64,000 nucleotides of DNA from an uncultured delta proteobacterium (lineage in GTDB: Bacteria > Myxococcota_A > Polyangia > Haliangiales > Haliangiaceae): assembly GCA_963848295.1 (NCBI GenBank), contig CAWKDB010000010.1:192001-256000 (forward strand). The letters run 5' to 3'. The notes below the pieces were generated by a model, which was not told the origin of the DNA, did no database searches, and saw only the letters and a list, made by a program, of their open reading frames with translations. A program made the translations under genes and the position numbers. Numbering within the stretch: position 1 is the first letter of the stretch; the number at the start of each line of letters is the position of its first letter. Below are positions 11,742 to 22,195 of the stretch, piece by piece.

Positions 11742-13414
11742 TGCAGCGCGACGCCGGTCGGATACACCGCAAACGCGGCGTTGCGAAACACCGGCTCGCT
11801 CGCGAGCGTCGCTTGTTCGGCGCCGCGATCCATCACGACGTACTGCACGCCGAGCTCGCGACCGCGAACGAGCCGCTCGGCCGCGGTCAGCTTCGACCAG
11901 CGCGCGCGGACGTCCGGGATGCTGACCGGATGGTCGAACGCGACGACCCGGCCGAGCCGGCGATACCATGCGACGAGCTCGTCGGGCACGAGCGGCGGCG
12001 ACTTGAAGTCGACGTAAACCGCGCGGCGCGCGAGCAGTCGGAACGTGCCGAAATCGGGCGATACGAGGAACTCGGCATCGACCGGCGTATGGCCCCGGAC
12101 CCAGGCGAATAGCTCGGTCGCCGGCGGATCGCCGGTCTCCGCGAAGTGCGGCGCCGCGATGACCGACGCGCGCTCGCCGAGCGCGACGCCTAGCCAGCTC
12201 ACCGCGAGGATCGCCGGCAACGCCGCGCGCCACCTCACCGGAACGACGAGTGCTGCGGCGATCGCGCCGAGCGCGATCCATAGCGCCCAACCGCCTGGGT
12301 ACAGGTTCTGGACCGCCTCGGTCCACGCGATCCAGCCCGCGAGCACGACCGCGACGCCGAGCCGCCAGCGCGGTAGCGCGCGCCACCGAGCCGGGTCTTC
12401 GAGCGTGGCGACCACTGCACACACCGCGACGATCTGCGCGGCGAGCGCCGCGAACGGCGCCATCCGCCAGACGTAGAGGCGAGTCACGCGCTCGAGCGGC
12501 GGGACGAGCGCGATCAAGCACGTCGCGATGCAGATCGCCGCGATGATCACCGCGAGCGCGACGAGCCGGCGAATCGCATCGCGCCGCGCCCACGCCGCCG
12601 CGATCGGAGCGACGACGAGCCCGAGCGCAGGCCAGCGCGCGAACCGAACGAGCTCGGTGCTGATCGCGAACGGGTCGTAGTGGACCGGCGCGTGGAACCG
12701 CGAGAGCACCCACAGCGCGAGCGTCGGCTCGCTATCGCGCGTCGACGCTAGAATGTCGGGCGCGAGCAGCCCCAGCGCGACGAGTTGCGGCGCGAGCAGC
12801 AGGACCAGCCGCTTGACCCGACCGGCCCGCTCGCTCCGGCCGACCACGAGCTCGGCGAGCGTGAACGTACCGATGCCGAGCAGCAAGAAGTTCGCGTGAA
12901 ACAGTCCGCCGAGCGCGAGCGCGATGCCGGTGACCAACGGCTTGCCGCGCAGGTACGCGGCGATCGCGATGATCCAGCCGAGCGTCGCGAGCAACGATGG
13001 CTGGAGATAGCCGCCCCACAGGTACGATCCGGCGATCGATCGGTCGCCGCCGATCGCGAGCCAGCCGGCGATGATCGCGTACACCGCGAGCGCCCGGTGC
13101 TCGGTCACCGCGGTGATCACGAGGAACAGCGCCGCGACGACCGCCGTCATCACGACGAAGTGCGCGATGCCGAGGCTGTAGACCCCGCTGTCGTCGATCT
13201 GAAACAGCAGCGCGGCGAGCTTGCCGAACACCGAGTGATACATCGTGGTGCCCGAAACCAGCCAATCGTGATGATAGAGCTCGGGGTGCGCCCGGCGCAG
13301 CGGCTCGAGCAAGTACGTCGGCTGGTTGAACACGCCGAACCAGTAGTCGCGGGTGTGTGCGATCGCGGCGGCGATCGCGACGACCGCGAGCCAGAGTCGA
13401 AGCGGAGACCGCAA
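11738..13414 (-). CDS. Polytopic membrane protein with DUF6798-like C-terminus (possible GT-C-type glycosyltransferase)
   Basis: Many TM helices; C-terminal WVRGHTP...FRLLARRAVYVDFKSPP...WYRRL; TTG start follows TGcTACGGT. Confidence 0.65.
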   Translation of the reverse strand: MRSPLRLWLAVVAIAAAIAHTRDYWFGVFNQPTYLLEPLRRAHPELYHHDWLVSGTTMYHSVFGKLAALLFQIDDSGVYSLGIAHFVVMTAVVAALFLVITAVTEHRALAVYAIIAGWLAIGGDRSIAGSYLWGGYLQPSLLATLGWIIAIAAYLRGKPLVTGIALALGGLFHANFLLLGIGTFTLAELVVGRSERAGRVKRLVLLLAPQLVALGLLAPDILASTRDSEPTLALWVLSRFHAPVHYDPFAISTELVRFARWPALGLVVAPIAAAWARRDAIRRLVALAVIIAAICIATCLIALVPPLERVTRLYVWRMAPFAALAAQIVAVCAVVATLEDPARWRALPRWRLGVAVVLAGWIAWTEAVQNLYPGGWALWIALGAIAAALVVPVRWRAALPAILAVSWLGVALGERASVIAAPHFAETGDPPATELFAWVRGHTPVDAEFLVSPDFGTFRLLARRAVYVDFKSPPLVPDELVAWYRRLGRVVAFDHPVSIPDVRARWSKLTAAERLVRGRELGVQYVVMDRGAEQATLASEPVFRNAAFAVYPTGVALH

Positions 13415-13437
13415 GCGGCGGCACCGTAGCAGTGCGG

Positions 13438-15828
13438 CTAGTCGGTCGTCCCGATCGGTGTCGGGATGTTGCGCGACTTCGCGCCGTTGCCGAGCGTGCC
13501 GTGTTGGCCATCGCCCCAACAGAACAACCGCCCGCCGCCGATCGCGCAGGCTCCGAAGTCCGCGGTCGAAACCTCGTCGAACGTGATCCCACTCGGGACG
13601 ACGACCGGCACCGCGAGCGAGACGTCCGGGATGGTCGGCCCCGCTCCAAGCTCGCTCGCGTAGTTTGCGCCCCAGCACCACACCGCCCCGCCGCACACCG
13701 CGCACGAGTTGCTCGAGCCCAGGCTCAAGGAAGTGCAACCGCCCGGCAGCTGCGCGACCGGCGTCGGCGAGGTGACATCCTTGCCACCGAGATCTTGGCC
13801 GGCCTCTTCGTTGTCGTCCCTGCCCCAGCACACGACCTGTTGGGTGGAGTCGATCGCGCAGCCGTAGGCGTATCCGGCGGTGACCGCGGAGTACGGGCCG
13901 TCGGCCTGTTCCGTCGGATCTGCGATGTCGGTCATCACCGGCACGCTGCCGAGCTGATTGCTCGCGTCGTTGCCCCAACAAACGCGCTCGTTGTCGCTCG
14001 TGCGATATGCGCACGCAAACGCCTGGCCGAACGAGATCGAGCCGAGCGAGGTCATGGCGCCGTTGGGATCGTCGAACATGATCGGTTGGCGGGTCTCGTC
14101 GTTGTTGAACGGGTTGCCCCAACACGACGGCGCCGAGGTCGCGTCGGGGAACGCGCACGTCGCGTACTTCCCACCGGAGATCCGCCTCCACGTTCCGGTG
14201 AGCATGCTGACTTGTGGAGCGTCGGCTTGATCCGGCAACGCGGTGTACGCGCCGTCGCCCCAACACAGCACGTGGCCACCGGTCAGCACGCACGTGTAGT
14301 CGACGCCCGAGACGAGCTCGTCTACTTGCGTGACCGGCGCGGGCGCCGCGGTCGGCCGCGCGTAGTCGCACGGCTGTCCCGCGACACATGGTTGATCGTC
14401 GCCGCGCGCCACGCCGGCGCTGACTTGGCCCTCGCCGTCGGCACCCCAGCACCACAGCGAGTCGTCGTCGAGGGTCGCGCACACGTGCTCGTCGCCGGCG
14501 CTGACGTGTTGCCACGTCCCGTGCGGTGCCATGACCTCGACCGCGACGCTGCTCTCCGACGGCAGACCGTTGCCGAGCTCGCCCGCCGAGTTATCGCCCC
14601 AGCACGCGGCGGTCGTGCCGGTGCGCGCACAGCCGAACGCGCCGAACCGCTCGTCGGGCATTCCGTCCTGGAAGATGACGCTGCTGCCGACGACCGCGTC
14701 GCCCGTGCCGACCAGGTTCGGCGTCATCGGATCGACGTCGCCCGAGCTCCACAGCCCGGCGGCCTGAGCTCCGCTGGCCGAGTTGTCGGTGCCCCAGCAG
14801 TACAGATTGCCGTCGCTACGCGTGCCGCACATCACCTGGTACGAGATGCCGGCGACCGACGTCCAATCGGTCGCGGCGCCGACAGCGGTCGCCGTCGTGT
14901 AGTCGACACCGCTGCGATCGATGCGGTTGGCGTATCCGCCTTGGTTGCCGCCCCAGCAGTACAGCGCCCCGCTCGTCGCCGAGGCATCGGCGGCGGTGAT
15001 CGCGCAGCTGATGCTGTTGCCCGCGTAGATCGCGATCGGCGTTCCGGGCACCGAAACCGCGGTCGGAGTCGCGACCGTCAGGCCGCCCGGTTGACCACAT
15101 TGCCCCACGTCGTTCGCGCCCCAGCACGCGACCACGCCGGCGACCGTGATGCCACAGCTATGGTCGTAGCCCGCCGCGACCTCGGCCCACGAGTCGCTCG
15201 AATCGGGCGTCGTGATCTGCGTCGCGAGCGTGGTCGGCATGCCCGTGCCGACTTCGTCGTCGAGCCCCCAGCACCACAGCTGTCCGGATCCGACGGCGCA
15301 GCTATGTGCGCCCCCGGCCGCGATCGCGGTGAACGCAGGAGGTGTCGCGCCCAACGCGAACATCACCGCCATCGGCGTCGCGATCACGCCGCCGCGGCCC
15401 GCGACCGACTCGCCGTTCTTGTTGCTGCCCCAGCACATCGCCATGCCGGCGTGAACGCCGCAGGTATGCTGCGCGCCCGCGGACACCGCCGTCCATGCAC
15501 CGTCCTGTGGAGCGACCGCGGTCGGGATGGCGGTCGCCGCGACCTCGCTGCCCGCCGCGATCTGCCCCTTCGAGTTGTCGCCCCAGCAATAGACGTCGCC
15601 CGCTGTGGTGAGCGCGCAACTGTGTCGCGCGCCGACCACGATCGCTGCGTAGTCGAGCGCGGGGACCGGGCAGCTCGAGCCGTCATACTTGACACATACG
15701 CTGTTCTGGCAGACCAGGTCGTCCGGGCAGCTGTCGGTGCACTTTGCACCACAGGCGACGCTCGCCGACGGGGGCGCGTAGCAGCCCTCGATCGCGATCG
15801 CCATCCCGAGCAACGCGAGCCCGCGCAT
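13438..15828 (-). CDS. RCC1/BLIP-II repeat lipoprotein
   Basis: Numerous HxC...G.V.CWGxNxxGQ repeats; signal peptide ending EGC. Confidence 0.9.
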   Translation of the reverse strand: MRGLALLGMAIAIEGCYAPPSASVACGAKCTDSCPDDLVCQNSVCVKYDGSSCPVPALDYAAIVVGARHSCALTTAGDVYCWGDNSKGQIAAGSEVAATAIPTAVAPQDGAWTAVSAGAQHTCGVHAGMAMCWGSNKNGESVAGRGGVIATPMAVMFALGATPPAFTAIAAGGAHSCAVGSGQLWCWGLDDEVGTGMPTTLATQITTPDSSDSWAEVAAGYDHSCGITVAGVVACWGANDVGQCGQPGGLTVATPTAVSVPGTPIAIYAGNSISCAITAADASATSGALYCWGGNQGGYANRIDRSGVDYTTATAVGAATDWTSVAGISYQVMCGTRSDGNLYCWGTDNSASGAQAAGLWSSGDVDPMTPNLVGTGDAVVGSSVIFQDGMPDERFGAFGCARTGTTAACWGDNSAGELGNGLPSESSVAVEVMAPHGTWQHVSAGDEHVCATLDDDSLWCWGADGEGQVSAGVARGDDQPCVAGQPCDYARPTAAPAPVTQVDELVSGVDYTCVLTGGHVLCWGDGAYTALPDQADAPQVSMLTGTWRRISGGKYATCAFPDATSAPSCWGNPFNNDETRQPIMFDDPNGAMTSLGSISFGQAFACAYRTSDNERVCWGNDASNQLGSVPVMTDIADPTEQADGPYSAVTAGYAYGCAIDSTQQVVCWGRDDNEEAGQDLGGKDVTSPTPVAQLPGGCTSLSLGSSNSCAVCGGAVWCWGANYASELGAGPTIPDVSLAVPVVVPSGITFDEVSTADFGACAIGGGRLFCWGDGQHGTLGNGAKSRNIPTPIGTTD

Positions 15829-15967
15829 TCGTGTCTCAAAGGTAACGCGGTTGACCACCGAGGCGCCAACCTGACACCGGCGCCTCGACTTGCCGGGAAA
15901 CCCGACAGGCTATTCGCTCGTACACCACGCATGGCCCCGCGATCGTTGAAATCTCGGTGTAGTTGCT

Positions 15968-15984
15968 CCGGCACGCGAGTTGCT
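15968..15984 (+). promoter_or_regulatory. Sigma54 (-24/-12) promoter
   Basis: CCGGCACGCGAGTTGCT closely matches TGGCACG-N4-TTGCW. Confidence 0.65.
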
Positions 15985-15996
15985 GTAGCTAGCGTC

Positions 15997-16563
15997 ATGC
16001 GGCCCTGGCTGGTTATCGCGCTCATCGCCTGCGCCTCCCCGATCGGAGTCGCAGCGCCCGTAGCCGGTAGCTCGTCGGGCATGCGGGTCTACGAGAGCTC
16101 GGAAGACCACGCCGTTACCGAAGGTGATCTCGTGGTCGACGGCGATCCGAGCGAGCTCTACGACCACGTGCTCGATTACGCCCGGTGGACCGAGATCTTT
16201 CCAGACGTGGCCAAGGTCGTCGTCACCCGGAAGGAAGGCGTCGACGCTCGGGTCACGCTGATCGCGCCCGACGGGCATCGCGACAACCTGCACTTCCACA
16301 ACCAGCCCGCGGCGCGGATGGTGTGGTTCGAGGACACCGGCGGCCGCGCGACGGTGTGGGCCGAGATCATGTTCGTCCCAGGCCCTGGTCCGGGCACGAC
16401 GCGGATCCATACCCGGCTGTTCGCGCGAGTCAACGGCATCGTCTCGCTCGTCGTTCCCGACGGCGACGTCCGCAAGATGCGAGAGACCCGGATCCAGCGC
16501 CAGCTCGTGCACATGCGCGACTACTTCGCCCATCGCAAAGCGATGGCGCTACAGATGCGCTAG
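15997..16563 (+). CDS. Secreted SRPBCC/START-fold protein
   Basis: Signal peptide; VDGDPSELYDHVLDYARWTEIFPDV pattern typical of SRPBCC. Confidence 0.7.
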   Translation: MRPWLVIALIACASPIGVAAPVAGSSSGMRVYESSEDHAVTEGDLVVDGDPSELYDHVLDYARWTEIFPDVAKVVVTRKEGVDARVTLIAPDGHRDNLHFHNQPAARMVWFEDTGGRATVWAEIMFVPGPGPGTTRIHTRLFARVNGIVSLVVPDGDVRKMRETRIQRQLVHMRDYFAHRKAMALQMR

Positions 16564-19238
16564 CGCCGTTTCTTCTGCGGCTTGCCCTTGGCGCCGCGAT
16601 GCGAGACCGCGAAGCGGATCTTGCCACCGCTCGCGCTCGTGCGTGGCCGCGCACCGGGCTCCGAGCGCTCGCGGCCCGCTCGTTCGACCTCGCGCCCGAC
16701 CTTGCGGCGTTGCTTGATCGGCGTCTTCGGGGCGACCTCGAGCCGCGGCGGCACCGACTTCGGTGCACGGCCCGGCGGGGTCGGCGATGCGCCCGTGCGC
16801 GCGACCGCGATCAACGTGAAGTCGATGCGGCGGCGGATGACCGAGACGTTCGCGATCTCGATCTTCACCTTGTCGCCGAGCTCGATCGAGCGACCTGTCC
16901 GGCGGCCGGACAGACGCATGTGGATCGCGTCGTGATCGAACGGCTCGCCCAGCGAATCGAGCTTGATCAAGCCCTCGACGAACGGCTCTTCGATCTCGAC
17001 GAACGCGCCGAAGCTGGTCACCGCGGACACGACGCCATCGAATTGCTCGCCGACTTGATCGCGCATCAAGTACGCGCGGTACATCGCGACGGCCTCGCGC
17101 TCCGCTTCCATCGCGCGGCGCTCGTTCGCGCTCGACGCGCTCGCGAGCTCGGTCAACGTTTCGGTCGGCGGCGGCGGCTTCGCGTAGCCACCGCCGGACG
17201 CGGCGCCATCGCGATGCAGCTGGTGCTTGAGCAAGCGGTGGACGAGCAAGTCGGGATAGCGCCGGATCGGCGATGTGAAGTGCAGATAGTCGCCCGACGC
17301 CAGTCCGAAGTGACCGATCGGGACGGTGTCCCACACCGCCTGCGTGAGCGTGCGCAACAACAAGAACTGCAGCGCCTGGCCGCCTTCTTTCTGCGCGATC
17401 TGATCGAGCACCGCTTTCATCCCGAGCGGCGTCGTCGCGGCGTCGATGTCGACCGTGATCTCGTAGGCCGCGAGGATCTCGGCGAGCTGCGCGACGCGAT
17501 CCTTCTTCGGCGGCGCGTGGACGCGCCACACGGTTGCCGCATCGCGCTTGCGGAAGAAGCTGCCGACCGCCTCGTTCGCGGCGATCATGAATTCTTCGAC
17601 GAGCTGATACGCCTGCTTGACTTGCGGATCGCCCTTCGCGCGCACGACATCGCGGACGAGCCGCGGGTCATCGGCGTCGAGCACGACCTTCGGCTCGGCG
17701 ATCTCGAGATCGAGCGAACCGCGCGCTTGGCGCTTCGCACGCAAGATGCGCGACAGCGCGTGCAGCCGCTTCAGCTCACCTTGCCACTCGCGATACTGCT
17801 CGCGTCGGCCACGAAAATCGCCATCGAGCGCGGCGGCGACGCCGGGATAGTCGAGCCGGCCCTTGCTGCGGATCACCGCGGCGGCATAGCTGACGTCCTG
17901 GACCTCGCCGTCGCCGCTGTAGTCGAGCCGCACCACCATCGCGCAGCGATCGACGAGCGGGTTGAGCGAGCAGATGCCGCCCGACAGCTCGTGCGGCAAC
18001 ATCGGGATCACACGATCGGGCAAGTACACCGACACGCCGCGGATCGCGGCCTCGCGATCGAGCGGGTCGCCCCACCTCACGTAGTGCGAGACGTCGGCGA
18101 CCGCGACCCACACGCGCGGCCCGCCATGCGGACCGTCCTCGATGCACAGCGCGTCGTCGAAGTCACGCGCGGTCTCGGGATCGATCGTGCAGAACCGGCG
18201 ATCGCGCAGATCGATCCGGTCGGCGAGGTCGGTCGGGAGGAGCTCCTGCGAGGTCCTGAGTGCTTGCGCTTGGACGTCGTCGGGGAACTCGAGCGGGATC
18301 GAGCCGACCGCGAGGATCTTCTCGATCTCGGTGCGCGGATCCTCGGGATCGCCGAGCACCTTGAGCAACCGCCCGGCGAGCTCGCGCCGCGCGGCATCGG
18401 GATAGCGCGTGATCTCGAGGACGACCGAGTCGCCGTCTTTTCCGATCGGCGCGTCGTCGACCCCGACCCGACCGTAATCCGCGGCGATCCGCGGATCATC
18501 CGGCTCGAGATAGAGAGCCCGACCGACCCGGCGCAGGATGCCGGTCAACCGCGCGCGGCCGCGTGCGAGCACCTCGAGGACGCGCCCCTCCGTCCCGCGC
18601 AACCCGGGCCAGGTCTCGACCGCGACGCGATCGCCGTCGAGCGACGTGCCGCGATACTTCGCGGGCACGAACACGGTCTCGCGCTCCTCGGTCTGGACAA
18701 AGCCGTAGCCCGCCGGGTGCACCGTGATCCGCCCGATCGTGCGCAGATCCTTCGCAGCCGCCGGCGGTGCGCCGAACACGTCACCGGTGTCAGGATCGTA
18801 GACCGTGTCGACGATCTTTGGCTTCACCGCCTTCGGCGGCGGCGCGTGCACCCGCTTCGCGGGCTCGGCCGGGTCGACGCGCTTGGTCGCCCCACTCCAC
18901 GGCAGCTTCGCCGCGCGCGCCGGTTTGGCCGCGAGTTGCTTCGCCGGCTTCGACACCGGAATCCCGCGCAGGGGTAGCTGCGGTGACACCGGCGCCACCG
19001 GATTCGGCAGGGGCTTGTTGTGGGGATCCGCGGGCCGGCCACTCGGCGACAGCGCGAACGCTCCGCCGGGCAGCACGGCGACGAGCCCTTCCTCGACGAG
19101 GTCGAGCAGCTCCGCGCGAAGCGGAGCGTAGTCTTGTTTGCGCGCGCCGAGCTCGTCGGCGAGGGCGGTGAGCTTGATGCCCGGAGTAACCAGGCGCGAC
19201 AGGCAGTAGAGGATCGCCTGTCGATCGAATTGAGACAT
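16560..19238 (-). CDS. rnr: Ribonuclease R
   Basis: TIDPETARDFDDA, VADVSHYV, EEFMIAAN, HFTSPIRRYPD, S1 domain, basic tail. Confidence 0.93.
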   Translation of the reverse strand: MSQFDRQAILYCLSRLVTPGIKLTALADELGARKQDYAPLRAELLDLVEEGLVAVLPGGAFALSPSGRPADPHNKPLPNPVAPVSPQLPLRGIPVSKPAKQLAAKPARAAKLPWSGATKRVDPAEPAKRVHAPPPKAVKPKIVDTVYDPDTGDVFGAPPAAAKDLRTIGRITVHPAGYGFVQTEERETVFVPAKYRGTSLDGDRVAVETWPGLRGTEGRVLEVLARGRARLTGILRRVGRALYLEPDDPRIAADYGRVGVDDAPIGKDGDSVVLEITRYPDAARRELAGRLLKVLGDPEDPRTEIEKILAVGSIPLEFPDDVQAQALRTSQELLPTDLADRIDLRDRRFCTIDPETARDFDDALCIEDGPHGGPRVWVAVADVSHYVRWGDPLDREAAIRGVSVYLPDRVIPMLPHELSGGICSLNPLVDRCAMVVRLDYSGDGEVQDVSYAAAVIRSKGRLDYPGVAAALDGDFRGRREQYREWQGELKRLHALSRILRAKRQARGSLDLEIAEPKVVLDADDPRLVRDVVRAKGDPQVKQAYQLVEEFMIAANEAVGSFFRKRDAATVWRVHAPPKKDRVAQLAEILAAYEITVDIDAATTPLGMKAVLDQIAQKEGGQALQFLLLRTLTQAVWDTVPIGHFGLASGDYLHFTSPIRRYPDLLVHRLLKHQLHRDGAASGGGYAKPPPPTETLTELASASSANERRAMEAEREAVAMYRAYLMRDQVGEQFDGVVSAVTSFGAFVEIEEPFVEGLIKLDSLGEPFDHDAIHMRLSGRRTGRSIELGDKVKIEIANVSVIRRRIDFTLIAVARTGASPTPPGRAPKSVPPRLEVAPKTPIKQRRKVGREVERAGRERSEPGARPRTSASGGKIRFAVSHRGAKGKPQKKRR

Positions 19239-19265
19239 TAGATGTGCATTCCTTAGTAACGAAGA

Positions 19266-20504
19266 TCAGTGAAACGAATGCAGGTGACCATCGTCACCTG
19301 CGATGAACAGGGTGCCGTCGTGCGCGATCGCGGGCGTCGTGTCGACGTCGTCGGGAAACGCGAGCAGCCACGCCAGCGTGCCGTCGGGTGCGACCGCGTA
19401 GACGCGCTCGTCTTCCGCGCCGAACAAGATCGTCCCGTTGGTCGCGATGCCGGGCGCGCTCTGGATCTTGTCGGCGGCGGCGACCTTCCATTTGACCTCG
19501 CCGGTCGGCGCGATCGCGTAGAGGTTCGCATCGTGGCTCCCGACGTAGATCGTCCCGTCGCTGCCGATCGCCGCCCCGGCGCGCACGTCGCCGCCGGTGA
19601 CGACCTTCCACGCGACGACCCCGGCCGGGGTGATCGCGTAGAGCGCGTGGTCATCGCTGCCGACGTAGATCGTGCCGTCGCTGCCGATCGCGGGCGCGGC
19701 GTCGACGTCGCCGCCGGTGCGCACCTCCCACTTCTTCGTGCCGTCCGGGCCGATCGCGTAGAGCGCATCGTCCTGGCTACCGGCGTAGACCGTGCCGTCG
19801 GGCGCGATCGCCGGGGTCGACGCGACATGCTCGGCGGTCGCGAGCTTCCAGCGCAGCGTGCCGTCCGGCCACACCGCGTGCACGCCGTCGCCGCCGACAT
19901 AGATCGTGCCGTCCGGGCCGATCGTCGGGCCGCCGTCGACATCGCAGCGCGACGACTCCGGGCCAAAGCCGGCCGGATCGCACAGGCCGAGCCGCAGCTT
20001 CCACTTAAGCTTGCCCGCGGAGGTCACCGCGTAGAGGTGGTCGTCATCGGAGCCGACGTAGATCGTGCCGTCCTCGGCCACCGCGGGCGTGCTCCACGAT
20101 CGGTCACCGGTCTTGAACGTCCACTTGACCGCGCCGGTCTGGTCGATCGCGTAGAGCCCTCCGTCCTGCGACGCGACGTAGATCGTCCCGTCGGGGCCGA
20201 TCGTCGGCGAGCCGGCGACCGGGCCGTGGACGTCGGTGCTCCACTTCTCGGTCGGCGCCTTCGCCGGCGCGGGGCCGCCGCGTCGCCCGGTATGGCGCGC
20301 ATCGCCACCCGCCATCGCGAACGGCGGCGAGCCGGTCGGCCCGGTCGTCGGCGAGACGACCACAGCCGCAGCCGAGCCGACCGCCGCGGCATCGCCACGC
20401 CGGGCAACCGCCGGTGGATCCTTGCAATCACACCCGCCGGAACGAGCCTGAGTGCCCGAGCACCCGGCCAGGGCGGCACTGGCCAGCCCCAACAAAACCT
20501 TCAC
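19266..20504 (-). CDS. PQQ-like beta-propeller repeat lipoprotein
   Basis: LAGC lipobox; about 8 repeats of PAIGxDGTIYVGSxDxxLYA...W. Confidence 0.88.
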   Translation of the reverse strand: MKVLLGLASAALAGCSGTQARSGGCDCKDPPAVARRGDAAAVGSAAAVVVSPTTGPTGSPPFAMAGGDARHTGRRGGPAPAKAPTEKWSTDVHGPVAGSPTIGPDGTIYVASQDGGLYAIDQTGAVKWTFKTGDRSWSTPAVAEDGTIYVGSDDDHLYAVTSAGKLKWKLRLGLCDPAGFGPESSRCDVDGGPTIGPDGTIYVGGDGVHAVWPDGTLRWKLATAEHVASTPAIAPDGTVYAGSQDDALYAIGPDGTKKWEVRTGGDVDAAPAIGSDGTIYVGSDDHALYAITPAGVVAWKVVTGGDVRAGAAIGSDGTIYVGSHDANLYAIAPTGEVKWKVAAADKIQSAPGIATNGTILFGAEDERVYAVAPDGTLAWLLAFPDDVDTTPAIAHDGTLFIAGDDGHLHSFH

Positions 20505-20531
20505 GCGGCGCAAGCTAGCACGGAACGACGG

Positions 20532-20807
20532 TCACGCCTTCGGGAGATCGTTCGAGAACCGCTCGGCGAGCTTTTCGAAGTAACGCCGCGTCTCTTCGAG
20601 CACGATCGGATCTTGATCGGGATACATGCGAATGCCGTGGGCGCCGAACGGATCGGTCGTCACCGGCCCGACGGGCAGGCCACCGACGATCCCCGTCTGC
20701 TCGTGATAGAGCAGCGCCAACACCTCGGAATGGTTCTCGGGCACCAAAAAGGTCCGCCGCCCGAGCTCCGGGCGCCCGTCTTTGAAGCCGTCGACCAGCT
20801 TGGCCAT
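20532..20807 (-). CDS. Small hypothetical protein (91 aa)
   Basis: MAKLVDGFKDGRPELG...NDLPKA; fills the gap between genes with coding-like composition. Confidence 0.6.
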   Translation of the reverse strand: MAKLVDGFKDGRPELGRRTFLVPENHSEVLALLYHEQTGIVGGLPVGPVTTDPFGAHGIRMYPDQDPIVLEETRRYFEKLAERFSNDLPKA

Positions 20808-20900
20808 GTCCGAACCCCACGAGTCTACCGCTCGCACCTGCGTGGCGAAAGTCCCAAGTCCACTCGCCGACAGGCGATCTGCCGGGTTTAAGCTGACCGG

Positions 20901-22190
20901 GTGCTCGAGCTGTGGTTCGACTTTTCGTGCCCGTACGCGTATCTCGCGTCGCATCGCGCGGCCGGGCTGGCGCGCGCGGCGGGCGTCGAGCTCGCGTGGA
21001 AGCCGATGCTGCTCGGCGGCGTGTTTCGCGGCATCGGAGCCGGCGATGGCCCGATGGCGACGCTCGGCCCGGCGAAAGCGGCGCACAACCTCGCCGATAT
21101 GCAGCGCTGGGCGGCGCGGTGGAACGTGCCGTTCGCGATGCCGGCCGCCCACCCGATGCGCACGGTGCGAGCGCTGCGCGTGCTGTGCGCGCTGCCCCAC
21201 TCCCGCTGGCCCGACGCGATCGCAGCGCTGTTCGCGGCGTACTGGCAGCGCACCGCCGAGATCACGCGCGACGACGTCATCGCGGCCGCACTCGCCGGTG
21301 CCGCGATCCCCGAGCCCGAGATTCGCGACGCGCTCGCTCGCGCCGACGGCGACGACATCAAGGCCGAGCTGCGCCGGCGCACCGACGAAGCGATCGCGCT
21401 CGGTATCTTCGGCGCACCCGCGTGGGTGATCCGTCGAGCCGGCCAAGCCCCGGTGTTGATCTGGGGACAAGATCGCGAGCCGTGGGTCACCGCCGCGCTC
21501 GCCGGCGTCGAGCTCGACGGTGGCGCCGGCGGCTCGGCGCTGCACCCGGCCCGCCCGACTCGCTCGCCCACGCCGCCGACGACGGCGCGCTCGCTGGAGA
21601 TGTTCTTCGATGTCGCGAGCCCGTACGCGTATCTCGGGCTGACCCAGGTGCCGGCGCTCGTCGCCGAGACCGGAGCGACCCTGCGCCTCCGCCCGATCTT
21701 GCTCGGCGGGTTGTTTCGCGACATCGGCCAGGTCGACGTGCCGCTGGACGCGATGCCGAAGCCGAAGCGCGGCTATGTCGCGCTCGATCTCGCGCGCTGG
21801 GCGCGATGGTGGGGCGTGAAGCTCGACTGGCCGCGCAAGTTCCCGCAGCGCACGATCACCGCGCAGCGGCTGTGCATCGTCGCGCGCGACGCCGGCGACG
21901 ACGTCGCGCTCGGGCTCGCGACCGCGCTCGGTCGCGCGATGTGGAGCGACCAGCGCGACCTCGAGCAGCTCGACACGGTGCGCGCGATCGCCGTCGACGC
22001 GGGCTGTCCGGCCGAATGGGTCGAGCGCACGCACGAGCCCGCGATCAAGGCCGCGTTGATCGCGGAGACCGCGGCGGCGCGAGCGGCGGGCGCGTTCGGC
22101 GTGCCGAGCTGGGTCGTGGGTGGTACCGGCGAGCTACTGTGGGGCCAAGACCGGCTCGACTTCGTCGCCGAAGCGCTCGGACGAAGCTAG
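20901..22190 (+). CDS. Tandem two-domain DsbA-like / 2-hydroxychromene-2-carboxylate isomerase (kappa-GST) protein
   Basis: Two copies of FDxx(C/S)PYAYL...FG(A/V)PxW...WGQDR. Confidence 0.88.
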   Translation: MLELWFDFSCPYAYLASHRAAGLARAAGVELAWKPMLLGGVFRGIGAGDGPMATLGPAKAAHNLADMQRWAARWNVPFAMPAAHPMRTVRALRVLCALPHSRWPDAIAALFAAYWQRTAEITRDDVIAAALAGAAIPEPEIRDALARADGDDIKAELRRRTDEAIALGIFGAPAWVIRRAGQAPVLIWGQDREPWVTAALAGVELDGGAGGSALHPARPTRSPTPPTTARSLEMFFDVASPYAYLGLTQVPALVAETGATLRLRPILLGGLFRDIGQVDVPLDAMPKPKRGYVALDLARWARWWGVKLDWPRKFPQRTITAQRLCIVARDAGDDVALGLATALGRAMWSDQRDLEQLDTVRAIAVDAGCPAEWVERTHEPAIKAALIAETAAARAAGAFGVPSWVVGGTGELLWGQDRLDFVAEALGRS

Positions 22191-22195
22191 CGGAC

